A stretch of DNA of 64,000 nt from the IMG/VR virus record IMGVR_UViG_3300032282_006516, positions 32,001 to 96,000 of that record; one strand, 5' to 3'. The stretch is from a virus. This document shows, one piece after another, positions 27,444-36,284 of this stretch. Positions within the stretch are counted from its first letter, which is position 1; every line of letters starts with the position of its first letter. The notes under the pieces were generated by a model that saw only the letters and a program-made list of their open reading frames with translations, was not told where the DNA came from and made no database searches. Position numbers and translations under genes: made by a program.

Positions 27444-29629
27444 CAGCCTGCCCTCTTGCTGAGAATGTCCTTGAGATTGCGAGCAATCGAACCGACGTGC
27501 TCACCTGACCGTTTCAGCGACCCCACAACTTGCGGGCCATTTGACGCACCAAGCAGCGCACCGCCGAGAGCCCCCATCCCTGCCGATACGCCGGGGTGTT
27601 CGTTCGCGAACTCACCCATCGTCAGTCGTGCACGCGACTGCGCGAGGTTAAGCGCATCGCGATAACCTCGGTCCGGCTTCGCCTCCAGCTCTTGGACCTT
27701 TTGCCGAAGCGGGTCGTAATCCGCACGAGATTCTAGGTAGCCGAGACCCCCACCCATGGCTGCACCAGCAGCGGCATGCGGAAGAACTGAAACGGCTTTT
27801 CCAGCCTGCATGGTGAGGTAGTTTTTGAGGGACGCCTGCTTACCGGCGACGCCAAAAGGGAGGAAGTGCGACAAGACCTCCTTGCCCGGCGTCTGCCCCT
27901 GCTGGTCCTTCTGGTTCATCGACGTCGCCGGATTCGCGTTCGCGAACATCGGTTCCGTGCCCGCAGCCGGTGCGTTGTTCTGGTCCTCTCCCATCGGGGC
28001 AACCGAGTTCGGTGCCGCACCGGGGCTCGCCGCCTGACCCGCAGGTCCCGAAGTCGGCTCGGGCGCACTGCTCGGCGCCGCAGCCTGGCTCGCCGCTTGG
28101 GCCGCGGCATCCATGCCCGTCAACGACGGAGGCTCTTGCGATGCCGCCTGAAGCAGCGTCCCACGAAGCTGCTGGTACGCCATGCGCATCGCAGCAGCGG
28201 CTTGCTGCTGCTGGAGAATCTGGTCTTGCGCTGCCATGGCTTTTTGCGTCGACGAGGCGACCTGCGCTTGGTACGCCGCCGTCTGCTGCTCGTTCAGCGC
28301 CTGTTGTTGCTGCGCCTGCTGAACTTGCTGCTGAAGCTGCTGTGCCTCTTGCTGCTGTTGCTCCTGAGCCTGCTGCGCCTGCTGGAGCTTCTGGCGGAGG
28401 AAGTCGATGTGATTGTTCTCCGCACCCTGCTGCGCCTGTTGCTGGAGGGCGAGGTACTGCTGAACCTCCGGGGCAAGCATGGGCTCAATCGGCGCGCCCG
28501 GCATGGGCTGCGGAGCCGCTTCCTGCTCCGGCTGCATGCCCATCTCGTCCAGAGCAAACTTGAACGCCGATGCCGCCTTTTGATATGCCGCCGCCGTCTT
28601 CCATTCCTCCGGCAGCGCGCCCGTTTGGTTAAAGTGGATAACACTCGGCGTAGACTGCTGCGCGTCTATATGGGCCGCAATGCCACGCGCAGCGCGTTCA
28701 CGCGCCAAAACACGGGCATGCTCCTGCGCGTATCGCTTACCCCCACGCACAGCACCACCCAGAGTGCCCAAAGTGGCGCCAGCTAGAGCACCACCAAAGG
28801 CTCCGTGACTGAGTGGCTTTTTCGCAAGATGTGCTAACAAGCTACCGCCGGCAGCGCCGCCCAAAGCACCAAGCAGTTGTCCGCCCCGCACGTTTTGACG
28901 GTACGTAGGGACTGCTTCTCTGTTTGCCGCTTGATGCGCCGCTACTTCGTTTGGGCTAACTACGTGCATCAGGAAGGCATTCCTGCGTGCGATGTCGCGG
29001 TCTAGTGGTTGACCGTTGTGCATCGTCGCGTAGGAATCCACCAACTGACGTAGCTGGTCATTCGCAGTCTTCTCGTGCCGATGACGGTCCATCGACCCGC
29101 CCACTTCACGGCCCGCCTTGCCACCCATGTGCTGACCGAGCCAAGCACCACCCAACGTCGCCATCGGGTTGCCCTTACCGTAGTGGTGCATGAGCGCTGC
29201 GCCGGCAGCGGCCCCAGCTCCACGCCCAGCCAGCTCACCGTGCCGCTCGCTGCGATGCGCGTGCTCTTTCGCGAACTCCGCACTGAGCGAAGCACGAGCG
29301 CGTTCGTGCCCCGTCTCTTCCGGCGACTTGGACGCCGCCGTTTTTGCAGGGGGCACAGCGTGCTGCCCTTGAGCAGCGGGAGGAAGGGACACAGGGGGCG
29401 CGGCCTGCATGTTCTGACCCTGCGCCGTAGGCGGCAGTGTCATGGGCGCGCCCATTCCCATCGCCTCGGCCTGCTTCAGCAGGGCGTACTGCTCCTGCAC
29501 GGAGAGTGACTCAAACGCCGCGTCTAGGTCCGCAACGGTGGCTTGCTTCTCCACACCGCGAACCTGGATGAAGAACGCAGCGGCCTCGGCTTGAGGGATG
29601 CCCTTGAGCAAAAAGTCGTCGAAGTTCAT
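27443..29629 (-). CDS. Putative internal head/ejection protein with glycine zippers and Gln-rich coiled coil
   Basis: Three GxxxG hairpin segments, poly-Q region, EKQA/EKTA/WKTA/GKQA motifs. Confidence 0.6.
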   Translation of the reverse strand: MNFDDFLLKGIPQAEAAAFFIQVRGVEKQATVADLDAAFESLSVQEQYALLKQAEAMGMGAPMTLPPTAQGQNMQAAPPVSLPPAAQGQHAVPPAKTAASKSPEETGHERARASLSAEFAKEHAHRSERHGELAGRGAGAAAGAALMHHYGKGNPMATLGGAWLGQHMGGKAGREVGGSMDRHRHEKTANDQLRQLVDSYATMHNGQPLDRDIARRNAFLMHVVSPNEVAAHQAANREAVPTYRQNVRGGQLLGALGGAAGGSLLAHLAKKPLSHGAFGGALAGATLGTLGGAVRGGKRYAQEHARVLARERAARGIAAHIDAQQSTPSVIHFNQTGALPEEWKTAAAYQKAASAFKFALDEMGMQPEQEAAPQPMPGAPIEPMLAPEVQQYLALQQQAQQGAENNHIDFLRQKLQQAQQAQEQQQQEAQQLQQQVQQAQQQQALNEQQTAAYQAQVASSTQKAMAAQDQILQQQQAAAAMRMAYQQLRGTLLQAASQEPPSLTGMDAAAQAASQAAAPSSAPEPTSGPAGQAASPGAAPNSVAPMGEDQNNAPAAGTEPMFANANPATSMNQKDQQGQTPGKEVLSHFLPFGVAGKQASLKNYLTMQAGKAVSVLPHAAAGAAMGGGLGYLESRADYDPLRQKVQELEAKPDRGYRDALNLAQSRARLTMGEFANEHPGVSAGMGALGGALLGASNGPQVVGSLKRSGEHVGSIARNLKDILSKRAG

Positions 29630-29633
29630 CCCA

Positions 29634-30155
29634 TCACTCCCAGGTGTAGACGTTGTGCATGTTGTCGTTGCCGCTGTACGACCACGTCCAACACGGCGCG
29701 GTGTTGTTCACCGCCGAGGGCTTGTAGAGCTTTCCGACCGTGTCGCGGTCGTCATCAAACCCGAGCAGGCTGTTCGACGTGCCACTCTTCTCAACCGTCA
29801 CGCCGCTGCTCGGGGTAGCCTCAATGAGAACCAGACGCTGCTCCGCGTCCAGAAGGGCCAAGACAGAGGGCACTGCCGCCTCAATCTGTGCCTTGATGTC
29901 CTTGAAGAGCAGCGTGTATGGGTCTGGGTTGGTGCCCGGCGGCGTGGCGCTCGCTGCAACCCCAAACGTAACCGTGGCCACGACCGGCGACGTGAACTTA
30001 AGGGTGCGCCCCACCAGCCCGTTGATACCGGCGGTGAGATTTGCCGGCGTACCGCCGCCCTGCGCGCGGTTCACGCTTCCGCCCGTAACGCCCCCGTTGA
30101 GGAACGCGGTCACGTCTTCGATGCGACGGAATTTGTAGAGACGATTGACGGCCAT
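29634..30155 (-). CDS. Putative structural protein
   Basis: 173 aa in the head-neck operon. Confidence 0.6.
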   Translation of the reverse strand: MAVNRLYKFRRIEDVTAFLNGGVTGGSVNRAQGGGTPANLTAGINGLVGRTLKFTSPVVATVTFGVAASATPPGTNPDPYTLLFKDIKAQIEAAVPSVLALLDAEQRLVLIEATPSSGVTVEKSGTSNSLLGFDDDRDTVGKLYKPSAVNNTAPCWTWSYSGNDNMHNVYTWE

Positions 30156-30206
30156 TAGCCCTCTCCAGGTTCTTCTGAGACGAAAGAACGAGGCAACTCG
30201 TGCCTT

Positions 30207-30704
30207 TTAGTAGGCGGCGTACGTAGCGTTGACCGCCCAGAGTTCCGAGTGAACTCCGCTGTTGCTCGGACCAAGAATGCCTTGGATGTTGATGGCGACC
30301 TTCACCCGTTGCTTCATCTGGTCCGTGAACGCTTTGTAGTACTGGAGCCAGTTCATGAGCATCGGCGTCTTGTCGTTGACGCCGACGTTGATGCCGCCGT
30401 TTGAGTAGTTGATGTGGTTTCGCGTCTGCAGCAGGCCCACGGACTCGATGAGCGAGATGGTCGTCATCCGTAGTAGCAGCGCGTGCTGGTTCAACTGCAG
30501 CAAGTCTTCAAGACCAAGCGCGGTGAAGTGCGGCGTACCGTTGAAGTCGGCGAGCGCATCGTACACCGCCCACGCAATCTGCCGGTCGCTCGACTCTTCG
30601 CCCGAAACAATCCGGTTCAGCTCAGGGAAATCCCGATGATAGAGACGTACCATCTGGACAAAGTCCCGAAAGGTCGGACTCATCGTCGGGATTCCCTGCA
30701 GCAT
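30207..30704 (-). CDS. Head-tail adaptor-like protein
   Basis: Helical 165 aa downstream of the MCP gene; QIAWAVYDALADFN, INYSNGGINV. Confidence 0.55.
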   Translation of the reverse strand: MLQGIPTMSPTFRDFVQMVRLYHRDFPELNRIVSGEESSDRQIAWAVYDALADFNGTPHFTALGLEDLLQLNQHALLLRMTTISLIESVGLLQTRNHINYSNGGINVGVNDKTPMLMNWLQYYKAFTDQMKQRVKVAINIQGILGPSNSGVHSELWAVNATYAAY

Positions 30705-30707
30705 GAA

Positions 30708-30986
30708 TCAGCCGCCCTTCTTCTTCGACGGCGCAGCAGGAGCAGGAGCGCTTTGCGCCCGATCCTTCTGAAGCACGTACGAAGCCGGGGGCTGGTCACC
30801 GAGCGCCAGCGCACCCACCGAAACGAGCTGCTGAAGACCCGGGCGCAGCGCGCGAATCTGCTCCTCGCTGACTTCCTGGCTCGCGCCCGGCGCCAGAAGA
30901 AACGAACCCACCGCGATGGTGTGATTGCTGAGGCCGCGCTGCGCGAGCGCCGGCGTCTCCATATCCGTAAGGTTGAAAACCTTCAT
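30708..30986 (-). CDS. Small hypothetical virion protein
   Basis: 92 aa after the MCP gene. Confidence 0.6.
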   Translation of the reverse strand: MKVFNLTDMETPALAQRGLSNHTIAVGSFLLAPGASQEVSEEQIRALRPGLQQLVSVGALALGDQPPASYVLQKDRAQSAPAPAAPSKKKGG

Positions 30987-31570
30987 CGACGATTCCTCCT
31001 ACCCGAGCGGAAATCCTTACCCGAGGATACTGCGTCCGACGTCATAGGAGCAGAGGGGTCTGCGGAGTTTTGTGCTGCTTCAAGAGCCGCATCAAGTTCT
31101 GCATCCGCGTCCGGCGCCGCCGACGTCGCGACTTCTTCACCGTACTCCAGCGCCGCCTGCGCCAGAAGTGCGGGGCGCTGTCCGGGCGCCATCGTTTGCG
31201 GCATGACACCGTCGTCACCCGCGTAGGGCGGGATGTACTGACCGACCTGCACGTCGTCTGCGACCGAGTCCAAACGCGGACGAGGAAGCGGGGGAATCGG
31301 AGCACCGGGCAGTGCCTCGAACGTATCGAGGTTCACAAGACGGCCGTCTACCGTGCGCACTTCCAAAATGTGCTGCGCGGCCTTCTGTCGAATCTCTTCG
31401 AGGTTCTGCTTCAGCATGTCTTCGCTGATGAGCAGCCGGCGTTCCGGAACCAGGCGCAGCGTACCGTTGACCAGGTAGTGCTTCCGCGCCATGTGCTCCG
31501 GAAGACCTGCGCGGTGAAAGCGGAAATCCTTCTTCCGCACCACGCTGTGCAATGCGTAGTGAACAGTCAT
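30983..31570 (-). CDS. Hypothetical protein (start MTVHY)
   Basis: GGAGG RBS before ATG 31570. Confidence 0.7.
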   Translation of the reverse strand: MTVHYALHSVVRKKDFRFHRAGLPEHMARKHYLVNGTLRLVPERRLLISEDMLKQNLEEIRQKAAQHILEVRTVDGRLVNLDTFEALPGAPIPPLPRPRLDSVADDVQVGQYIPPYAGDDGVMPQTMAPGQRPALLAQAALEYGEEVATSAAPDADAELDAALEAAQNSADPSAPMTSDAVSSGKDFRSGRRNRR

Positions 31571-31652
31571 TACAAATCCTCCAAACGCCACGGGCGCCGG
31601 CACCTTTACCGGCACCGACGCCCGTTAGCCTCGCAGATGCGAGAGCGTGTGG

Positions 31653-32777
31653 CTAGTACTGCTGGACGTTCGGGAACTTCAGGCCGGCGTCGACCTTGTT
31701 GTTCGGAGCGCCGAGCGCGTCCTCGGAGACCGGGACGAAGTTCGAGATGAGCGCGTCCGCGTTCGTCGTCGGGTTCGCGTCCGCCGAGTACAGCTCCAGC
31801 TTACGCACCGCGGCGATGTTGATGATCGCCATCGCGATGTCTTCCCAAGCCTGGAAGGTGATGACGTTCGCGATCTTGTCGATGTAGAACTTGGTGTTGT
31901 TCAGGACGTAGAACTTCCCGAAGAACTCCGGCTTGGTGAAGCAGTACACGTTGCCCGGACGGAGGATGTCCGACTTCACGGTACGGATGTACGAACGCCC
32001 GAAGAGCGTGTTGTACTTGTAGCCGTCGACGGCCGTCTCCGACTGGAGCCGGTCACCGAAGTCCTCAAGCGTCCACTGAAGGATGTCGTCCCAGTCGACC
32101 TCCGTCATGAGGAGCCGCTCCGAACGAAGGCGGTTGCCGTCGAGGAGCTTGAAGAGGTTGATGACGTCCGGGCGCTGAATCGGGCGCACCGTCGCGTCGT
32201 TCGAGGTCGCCGTACGAGCCAGCTCACCCTTGCGGATGGAGAACTCGACCACGCCCGCGCCCTGGATCTGCGAAGCGTTGAGCGGCGTAGCCACGCCACC
32301 GTTCGCCTGAAGCTGAAGCGCCTGGCAGGCGGCCTCGATGTTGATCGTGAACTCGCGGTCCTCGACCTCCTGGATGTCCTTCACCGAGTTCTCCTCGATG
32401 ATCTTGGTGATGGGCATCTCGTAGGCGAGAAGCTCCTGCTCCGTCTTCTGGAAGATTTCCGACGAGACGGTGTAGAAGCCGACCTCGGCCTTGGCGCCGC
32501 GAATCATGCGCGCCGTGGGCGAACCACGAAACGTCATGGTGAGCGCGCGGCTCTGCGGCTCGACGTCAACGATCTTGACCAGCGTGTCGTGGTTGACCGA
32601 GCGCTGGCAGTCGCTGCGCGTCACCTGCTCCGGGGGGAGCACCTTACGCGCGTACGACACCTCACGGAGACGGTCGCGGATGTAGGACCCGCCGTACTCC
32701 GCCATCTTCTCCTTGCCCTCACCCGAGCCGAGCTTCTGCGTGAAAAGCTCGTTCAGAACGCGTGCCGGAACACTCAT
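31653..32777 (-). CDS. Major capsid protein (HK97-type fold), 374 aa
   Basis: YIRDRLRE..RKVLPP, IIEENSVKDIQEVEDREF, AWEDIAMAIIN; follows decoration, scaffold and protease genes; strongly biased codons. Confidence 0.88.
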   Translation of the reverse strand: MSVPARVLNELFTQKLGSGEGKEKMAEYGGSYIRDRLREVSYARKVLPPEQVTRSDCQRSVNHDTLVKIVDVEPQSRALTMTFRGSPTARMIRGAKAEVGFYTVSSEIFQKTEQELLAYEMPITKIIEENSVKDIQEVEDREFTINIEAACQALQLQANGGVATPLNASQIQGAGVVEFSIRKGELARTATSNDATVRPIQRPDVINLFKLLDGNRLRSERLLMTEVDWDDILQWTLEDFGDRLQSETAVDGYKYNTLFGRSYIRTVKSDILRPGNVYCFTKPEFFGKFYVLNNTKFYIDKIANVITFQAWEDIAMAIINIAAVRKLELYSADANPTTNADALISNFVPVSEDALGAPNNKVDAGLKFPNVQQY

Positions 32778-32806
32778 GATGCCTCTCCTTCCTTTCCTGT
32801 TCCGGC

Positions 32807-33358
32807 CTACTTGCGACCGCCGGAGACGAAGCGCAGCTGGCCGCCGTTGCTCGCCGGAAGGCGAGTCACGTAGCCGACAATGGGGTCGACGTCGCCGCCA
32901 CCAAGGGCGCCCGCACCAACGAGGCCCGAGAAGTTGCGACCGCCGAACGAAATGGTAGCCACCTTGAGCGGCTGACCGACGTAGCTGATGGCAGCGCCAC
33001 CGTGAACAGCCGCCGTCGCGTCGAAGATGCGCGTGTCGAACTCGTACTCGCCGCGCCAGAGCACCGGCATCTTCGTCTGCGAAAGCGCCTGCACGTCGTA
33101 ACGACCACGCTCCGCGAAGAGCGGAACGAGGATACCCGTCGGGTTCGACGCGCCCGCCGGCCGGTACGAACCCACCGACGTGATGTCGGTGGCGCGCACG
33201 AGCTGGTAGCTGTTGTTGAGGGTCATCCACTCGCCGTCGACGAGCGCGACCGCGTTGAGCGGCTGCGCGAGCGTCGGGTCGCCGAGAGCGAAGTCACGGC
33301 GCTGCACCGGCAGGATGTCCGAAACGGGCGTGAAGTTGATCTTCTGAAGAGTCGACAT
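32807..33358 (-). CDS. Capsid decoration/cement protein
   Basis: 183 aa beta-rich protein immediately upstream of the MCP gene. Confidence 0.6.
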   Translation of the reverse strand: MSTLQKINFTPVSDILPVQRRDFALGDPTLAQPLNAVALVDGEWMTLNNSYQLVRATDITSVGSYRPAGASNPTGILVPLFAERGRYDVQALSQTKMPVLWRGEYEFDTRIFDATAAVHGGAAISYVGQPLKVATISFGGRNFSGLVGAGALGGGDVDPIVGYVTRLPASNGGQLRFVSGGRK

Positions 33359-33395
33359 GTCCTAGTTCCTCCAGTTCCTTCGTTGGTCGGAGCGG

Positions 33396-33764
33396 TCAGC
33401 CCACGCCTCCGACGATGTACCGCTCCAAGTCCGACGAGGCGAAGGAAGTAGACCTCGGCTCGTCATTCGTGAGCTGTGCCAGCTTCGTGCTCATGTCGGG
33501 ACCGACGAGGTCCACGGCATGCTCAACGGCCTCAAGTTTGCCCGCCGCAGCCGCCTTCTCCAGACGGTCTGCGAGCGTCTCCACCTGAGTGTCCAGTTCG
33601 AGCCCTTTCCGGTGCATCTCCGAAGCGAGCTTCTCCACCCGCTCACGGCGCTCCTTCGATGCGAGCTTCTCCGCAAGCTCATTGATGTGAACCTGCTGCG
33701 CTCGAAGAGCGGCAGACGCGTCGGTGAGCACCTCCGCAATCTGCGCGTTGCTGAGCTTGTTCAT
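33396..33764 (-). CDS. Scaffold-like coiled-coil protein (start MNKLS)
   Basis: Helical, repeated EKLAS; upstream of decoration and MCP genes. Confidence 0.6.
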   Translation of the reverse strand: MNKLSNAQIAEVLTDASAALRAQQVHINELAEKLASKERRERVEKLASEMHRKGLELDTQVETLADRLEKAAAAGKLEAVEHAVDLVGPDMSTKLAQLTNDEPRSTSFASSDLERYIVGGVG

Positions 33765-33774
33765 CGTACGCTCC

Positions 33775-35304
33775 TCACATCCCCTTGTTGTTCTCATCAA
33801 TGCTCGACGCGAGCTTCGAGAGAAGCGCGCGTGCGGCAGCCGTCTTCACACTGGCCGAAGCGATCTTCGGACCGGCGTTGGACGTATTGTCAAACGCCAC
33901 CTGCAGCGTCTTGTCGTGAGCCGCCTGCAGCGCGGGCTCGGCAAAGTACTGCGCGAGGTCCTGCTTGCGGTTCGCGTACGCCTGGCCCTTGGAGTACGCA
34001 CGCGCCGCATCGGCGCTGCCCACGAGGTGGGTCGGACCCTGCGGGGCACCACCGACCGGCGTACCGCCCGGCTCACCCGCCATGTTCGTGTCCGGAGGAA
34101 CCGCAGGCCCCGCCGAAATCTGCGCCGGGTTGATAGCGTCTTCAGCCTGCTTCACACGCGCCGTCATGTACGCCACGAGGTCGTGCACGCCCGCCGCCTT
34201 GGATTCCTCCGACGACTCCGACGTGTGCGACTTCTTCTTATCGTAGAGCTTCTTGGCTCCGTAGGCAGCACCGACAAGTCCTGCCCCGGCGCCGCCAGCA
34301 ATCAGCGCCTTCACAGCCGGGCGAAGACCCGCGGGAACCGGACCCGGAAGGCGTTTCGGGGCACTGCCTTCCTTCTTGCCGTGGTTTTCCGGCTCGCTGG
34401 CGTGCGCGTGCTCGAAGTGCTCCAGGCCCTTACGAACCTGCTTGATACCCTCGTCCTCTTCCTTCTCCGCCTTCTCAACAGCCTCCGCTGCGAGCTTCTG
34501 ACGGATGAGGCTGAGTGCGCTCGCCTTCTTGCCGTAGTTCGACTCCATCATCTCCTGATGAAGCTGCGGAGCATCGTCGATGGTGTTCGCCATCAGCGTG
34601 CCGCCATGCTCCTGGGGCATCGCCTTCTGCGTACCCGGGTGCATCGTAACGACATGAACGCCCTGGCCCTTGTGGTCCGGGAGCGGCGTCGACGACGTTG
34701 CCTGCATCACGCCCGGGGGCGATTCCTGCAGGTGCTCCGTCAGGTTGTACGGCCCCGCCATATCGGCAGCCGACTTCGACAGCTCAACCGCGATGAAATC
34801 AAGAGCGCTCGCGAGCTTCTCGACGTGCGCCGACTTCATGCCCATGCCGCAGGAGCACTTCTCCTTGCCGCACTTCTCGCACTTCTTGTCCTCGTCCTTC
34901 TCGTCATCGGACGCGAGCTTCGCGCGCTGAAAGCGGGCCTCATCCGAAACGCGGACGCGTGCGGCGGACTCCACCATTGCGGCTTTCACCAGGTCCTGCA
35001 GTACCGGACGACCTGCCAACTTTCCCATGAGCTTCTCTCCTACAGCGGCGCTCTTCGGCAACATCTGAGCGCCCATCGGGGGCAACGATTTCTGTTCGGT
35101 AGCCCCCGCATCGGCTTGAGGCGGGGCTCCTGTGTTCACTCGGGAGTAGTTCTGCCGCGGAGACATTCCATTCGGCCCGCGCCTCCCTGGTGCGCGTGTG
35201 GGTTCAATGCTGGGAGTCGGAACCGGGGCAGGGGCGGTTGCACCTGTGGAAGACATCCCCACGTCATCCGCGGCGAGCTTCCAATTCAGTGCAACCGACC
35301 CCAT
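33775..35304 (-). CDS. Prohead core/scaffold-like protein
   Basis: 509 aa low complexity with more than 10 K-x-A motifs and one hydrophobic GAGAG segment. Confidence 0.6.
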   Translation of the reverse strand: MGSVALNWKLAADDVGMSSTGATAPAPVPTPSIEPTRAPGRRGPNGMSPRQNYSRVNTGAPPQADAGATEQKSLPPMGAQMLPKSAAVGEKLMGKLAGRPVLQDLVKAAMVESAARVRVSDEARFQRAKLASDDEKDEDKKCEKCGKEKCSCGMGMKSAHVEKLASALDFIAVELSKSAADMAGPYNLTEHLQESPPGVMQATSSTPLPDHKGQGVHVVTMHPGTQKAMPQEHGGTLMANTIDDAPQLHQEMMESNYGKKASALSLIRQKLAAEAVEKAEKEEDEGIKQVRKGLEHFEHAHASEPENHGKKEGSAPKRLPGPVPAGLRPAVKALIAGGAGAGLVGAAYGAKKLYDKKKSHTSESSEESKAAGVHDLVAYMTARVKQAEDAINPAQISAGPAVPPDTNMAGEPGGTPVGGAPQGPTHLVGSADAARAYSKGQAYANRKQDLAQYFAEPALQAAHDKTLQVAFDNTSNAGPKIASASVKTAAARALLSKLASSIDENNKGM

Positions 35305-35319
35305 GCTCCTATCGACTCC

Positions 35320-36255
35320 TCAGGCCCACTGAACCGGATAACCGGCCAGCTCCAGAAGCTCCAGCGCGCGAACACCGACCGCCGTATCGAGGTCGGCCGC
35401 CGCTGCGACCTTCTCGCTCTCGCCGGGGCCGAGCGTCAATACCGCCGCGATCTTCGACGCTGCCTCATCGGGGTCAAAACCGCCCTCGTAGGCCACGTAG
35501 ACCGCGTTCTCCGCAGCCAGCGCGTCGATGGCGGAAGACTTCTTCTCCTTCTCATCCTCGAACGTACCGGAGTGTACAGAATGGTGAGCGCCGGCCATTC
35601 CCTTGGTGTAGCCCTGCTGGACTTTACCCTTCAAAGCGCCGTATCCGGCGCCCAGCGCTCCACCCACGGCCGCGCCACGCGCGCCGTGCCGAAGCGCGCT
35701 TTGGATGGCGGCTTCGGGGTTCGCGTGGGCCTTGTGCATCTCCTTCAGAGCGCCCAGTGCCATACCCGTCATAGCACCACCCACGCCCGAACGAAGTGCC
35801 TCAATCTTGGTGTGATGGCGCCCAAGACGCTCGCCCACACGGTGCAGCAGCGGGGCCTTGTGCTCTTCGTGCGACTCGCTCTCTTCCGCGATCTTGCGCA
35901 TCTCCTGCACGTACGAGTGGGCCATCACGCGACCAAGGAAATCGGCCTCGGCGACCTTCTCGGCCTTCTCCGCCTTTTCCTGTTTGGCCGACTCGTGCTC
36001 CTTCTTGGCCTCCTCGACGACGGCCTCGCGGCGCTCCTCTTCCTTCTCGTCCTCGTGGCCCTCGGCCGCCGCCTTGACCCAGGTGTCGTAAAGACCCTGA
36101 ACCTGCGCGTCCGGAAGCGCATTCAGGTCGATGCCCTCCTCGCTCGCGAGCTTGAGGAAAAGCTCAACCGACGCCTGCTTCTCGTAATCCTCCTGCGCAG
36201 AGGAGGCGGTCTTCGTGGTGCCGTAGTACTCGGCAAGAAACTGGTCCATGGCCAT
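35320..36255 (-). CDS. Prohead core-like protein with glycine zipper (start MAMDQ)
   Basis: KTAS, EKQAS, KLAS, KIAE motifs; GGAGG RBS. Confidence 0.65.
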   Translation of the reverse strand: MAMDQFLAEYYGTTKTASSAQEDYEKQASVELFLKLASEEGIDLNALPDAQVQGLYDTWVKAAAEGHEDEKEEERREAVVEEAKKEHESAKQEKAEKAEKVAEADFLGRVMAHSYVQEMRKIAEESESHEEHKAPLLHRVGERLGRHHTKIEALRSGVGGAMTGMALGALKEMHKAHANPEAAIQSALRHGARGAAVGGALGAGYGALKGKVQQGYTKGMAGAHHSVHSGTFEDEKEKKSSAIDALAAENAVYVAYEGGFDPDEAASKIAAVLTLGPGESEKVAAAADLDTAVGVRALELLELAGYPVQWA

Positions 36256-36284
36256 GTGAATGTCCTCCAGCAATCCTTGGTTCT

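Noticed and set aside
28190-28450. CAG/GCT-rich tract as a DNA repeat or CRISPR-like array
   Set aside because: Encodes poly-Gln coiled coil; no constant repeat-spacer structure. No CRISPR array was seen anywhere in the window.
31653-33230. 525-aa extended major capsid ORF with a delta-like N-terminal domain
   Set aside because: The extension overlaps the decoration gene in another frame and is Arg-rich junk; a strong RBS precedes ATG 32777
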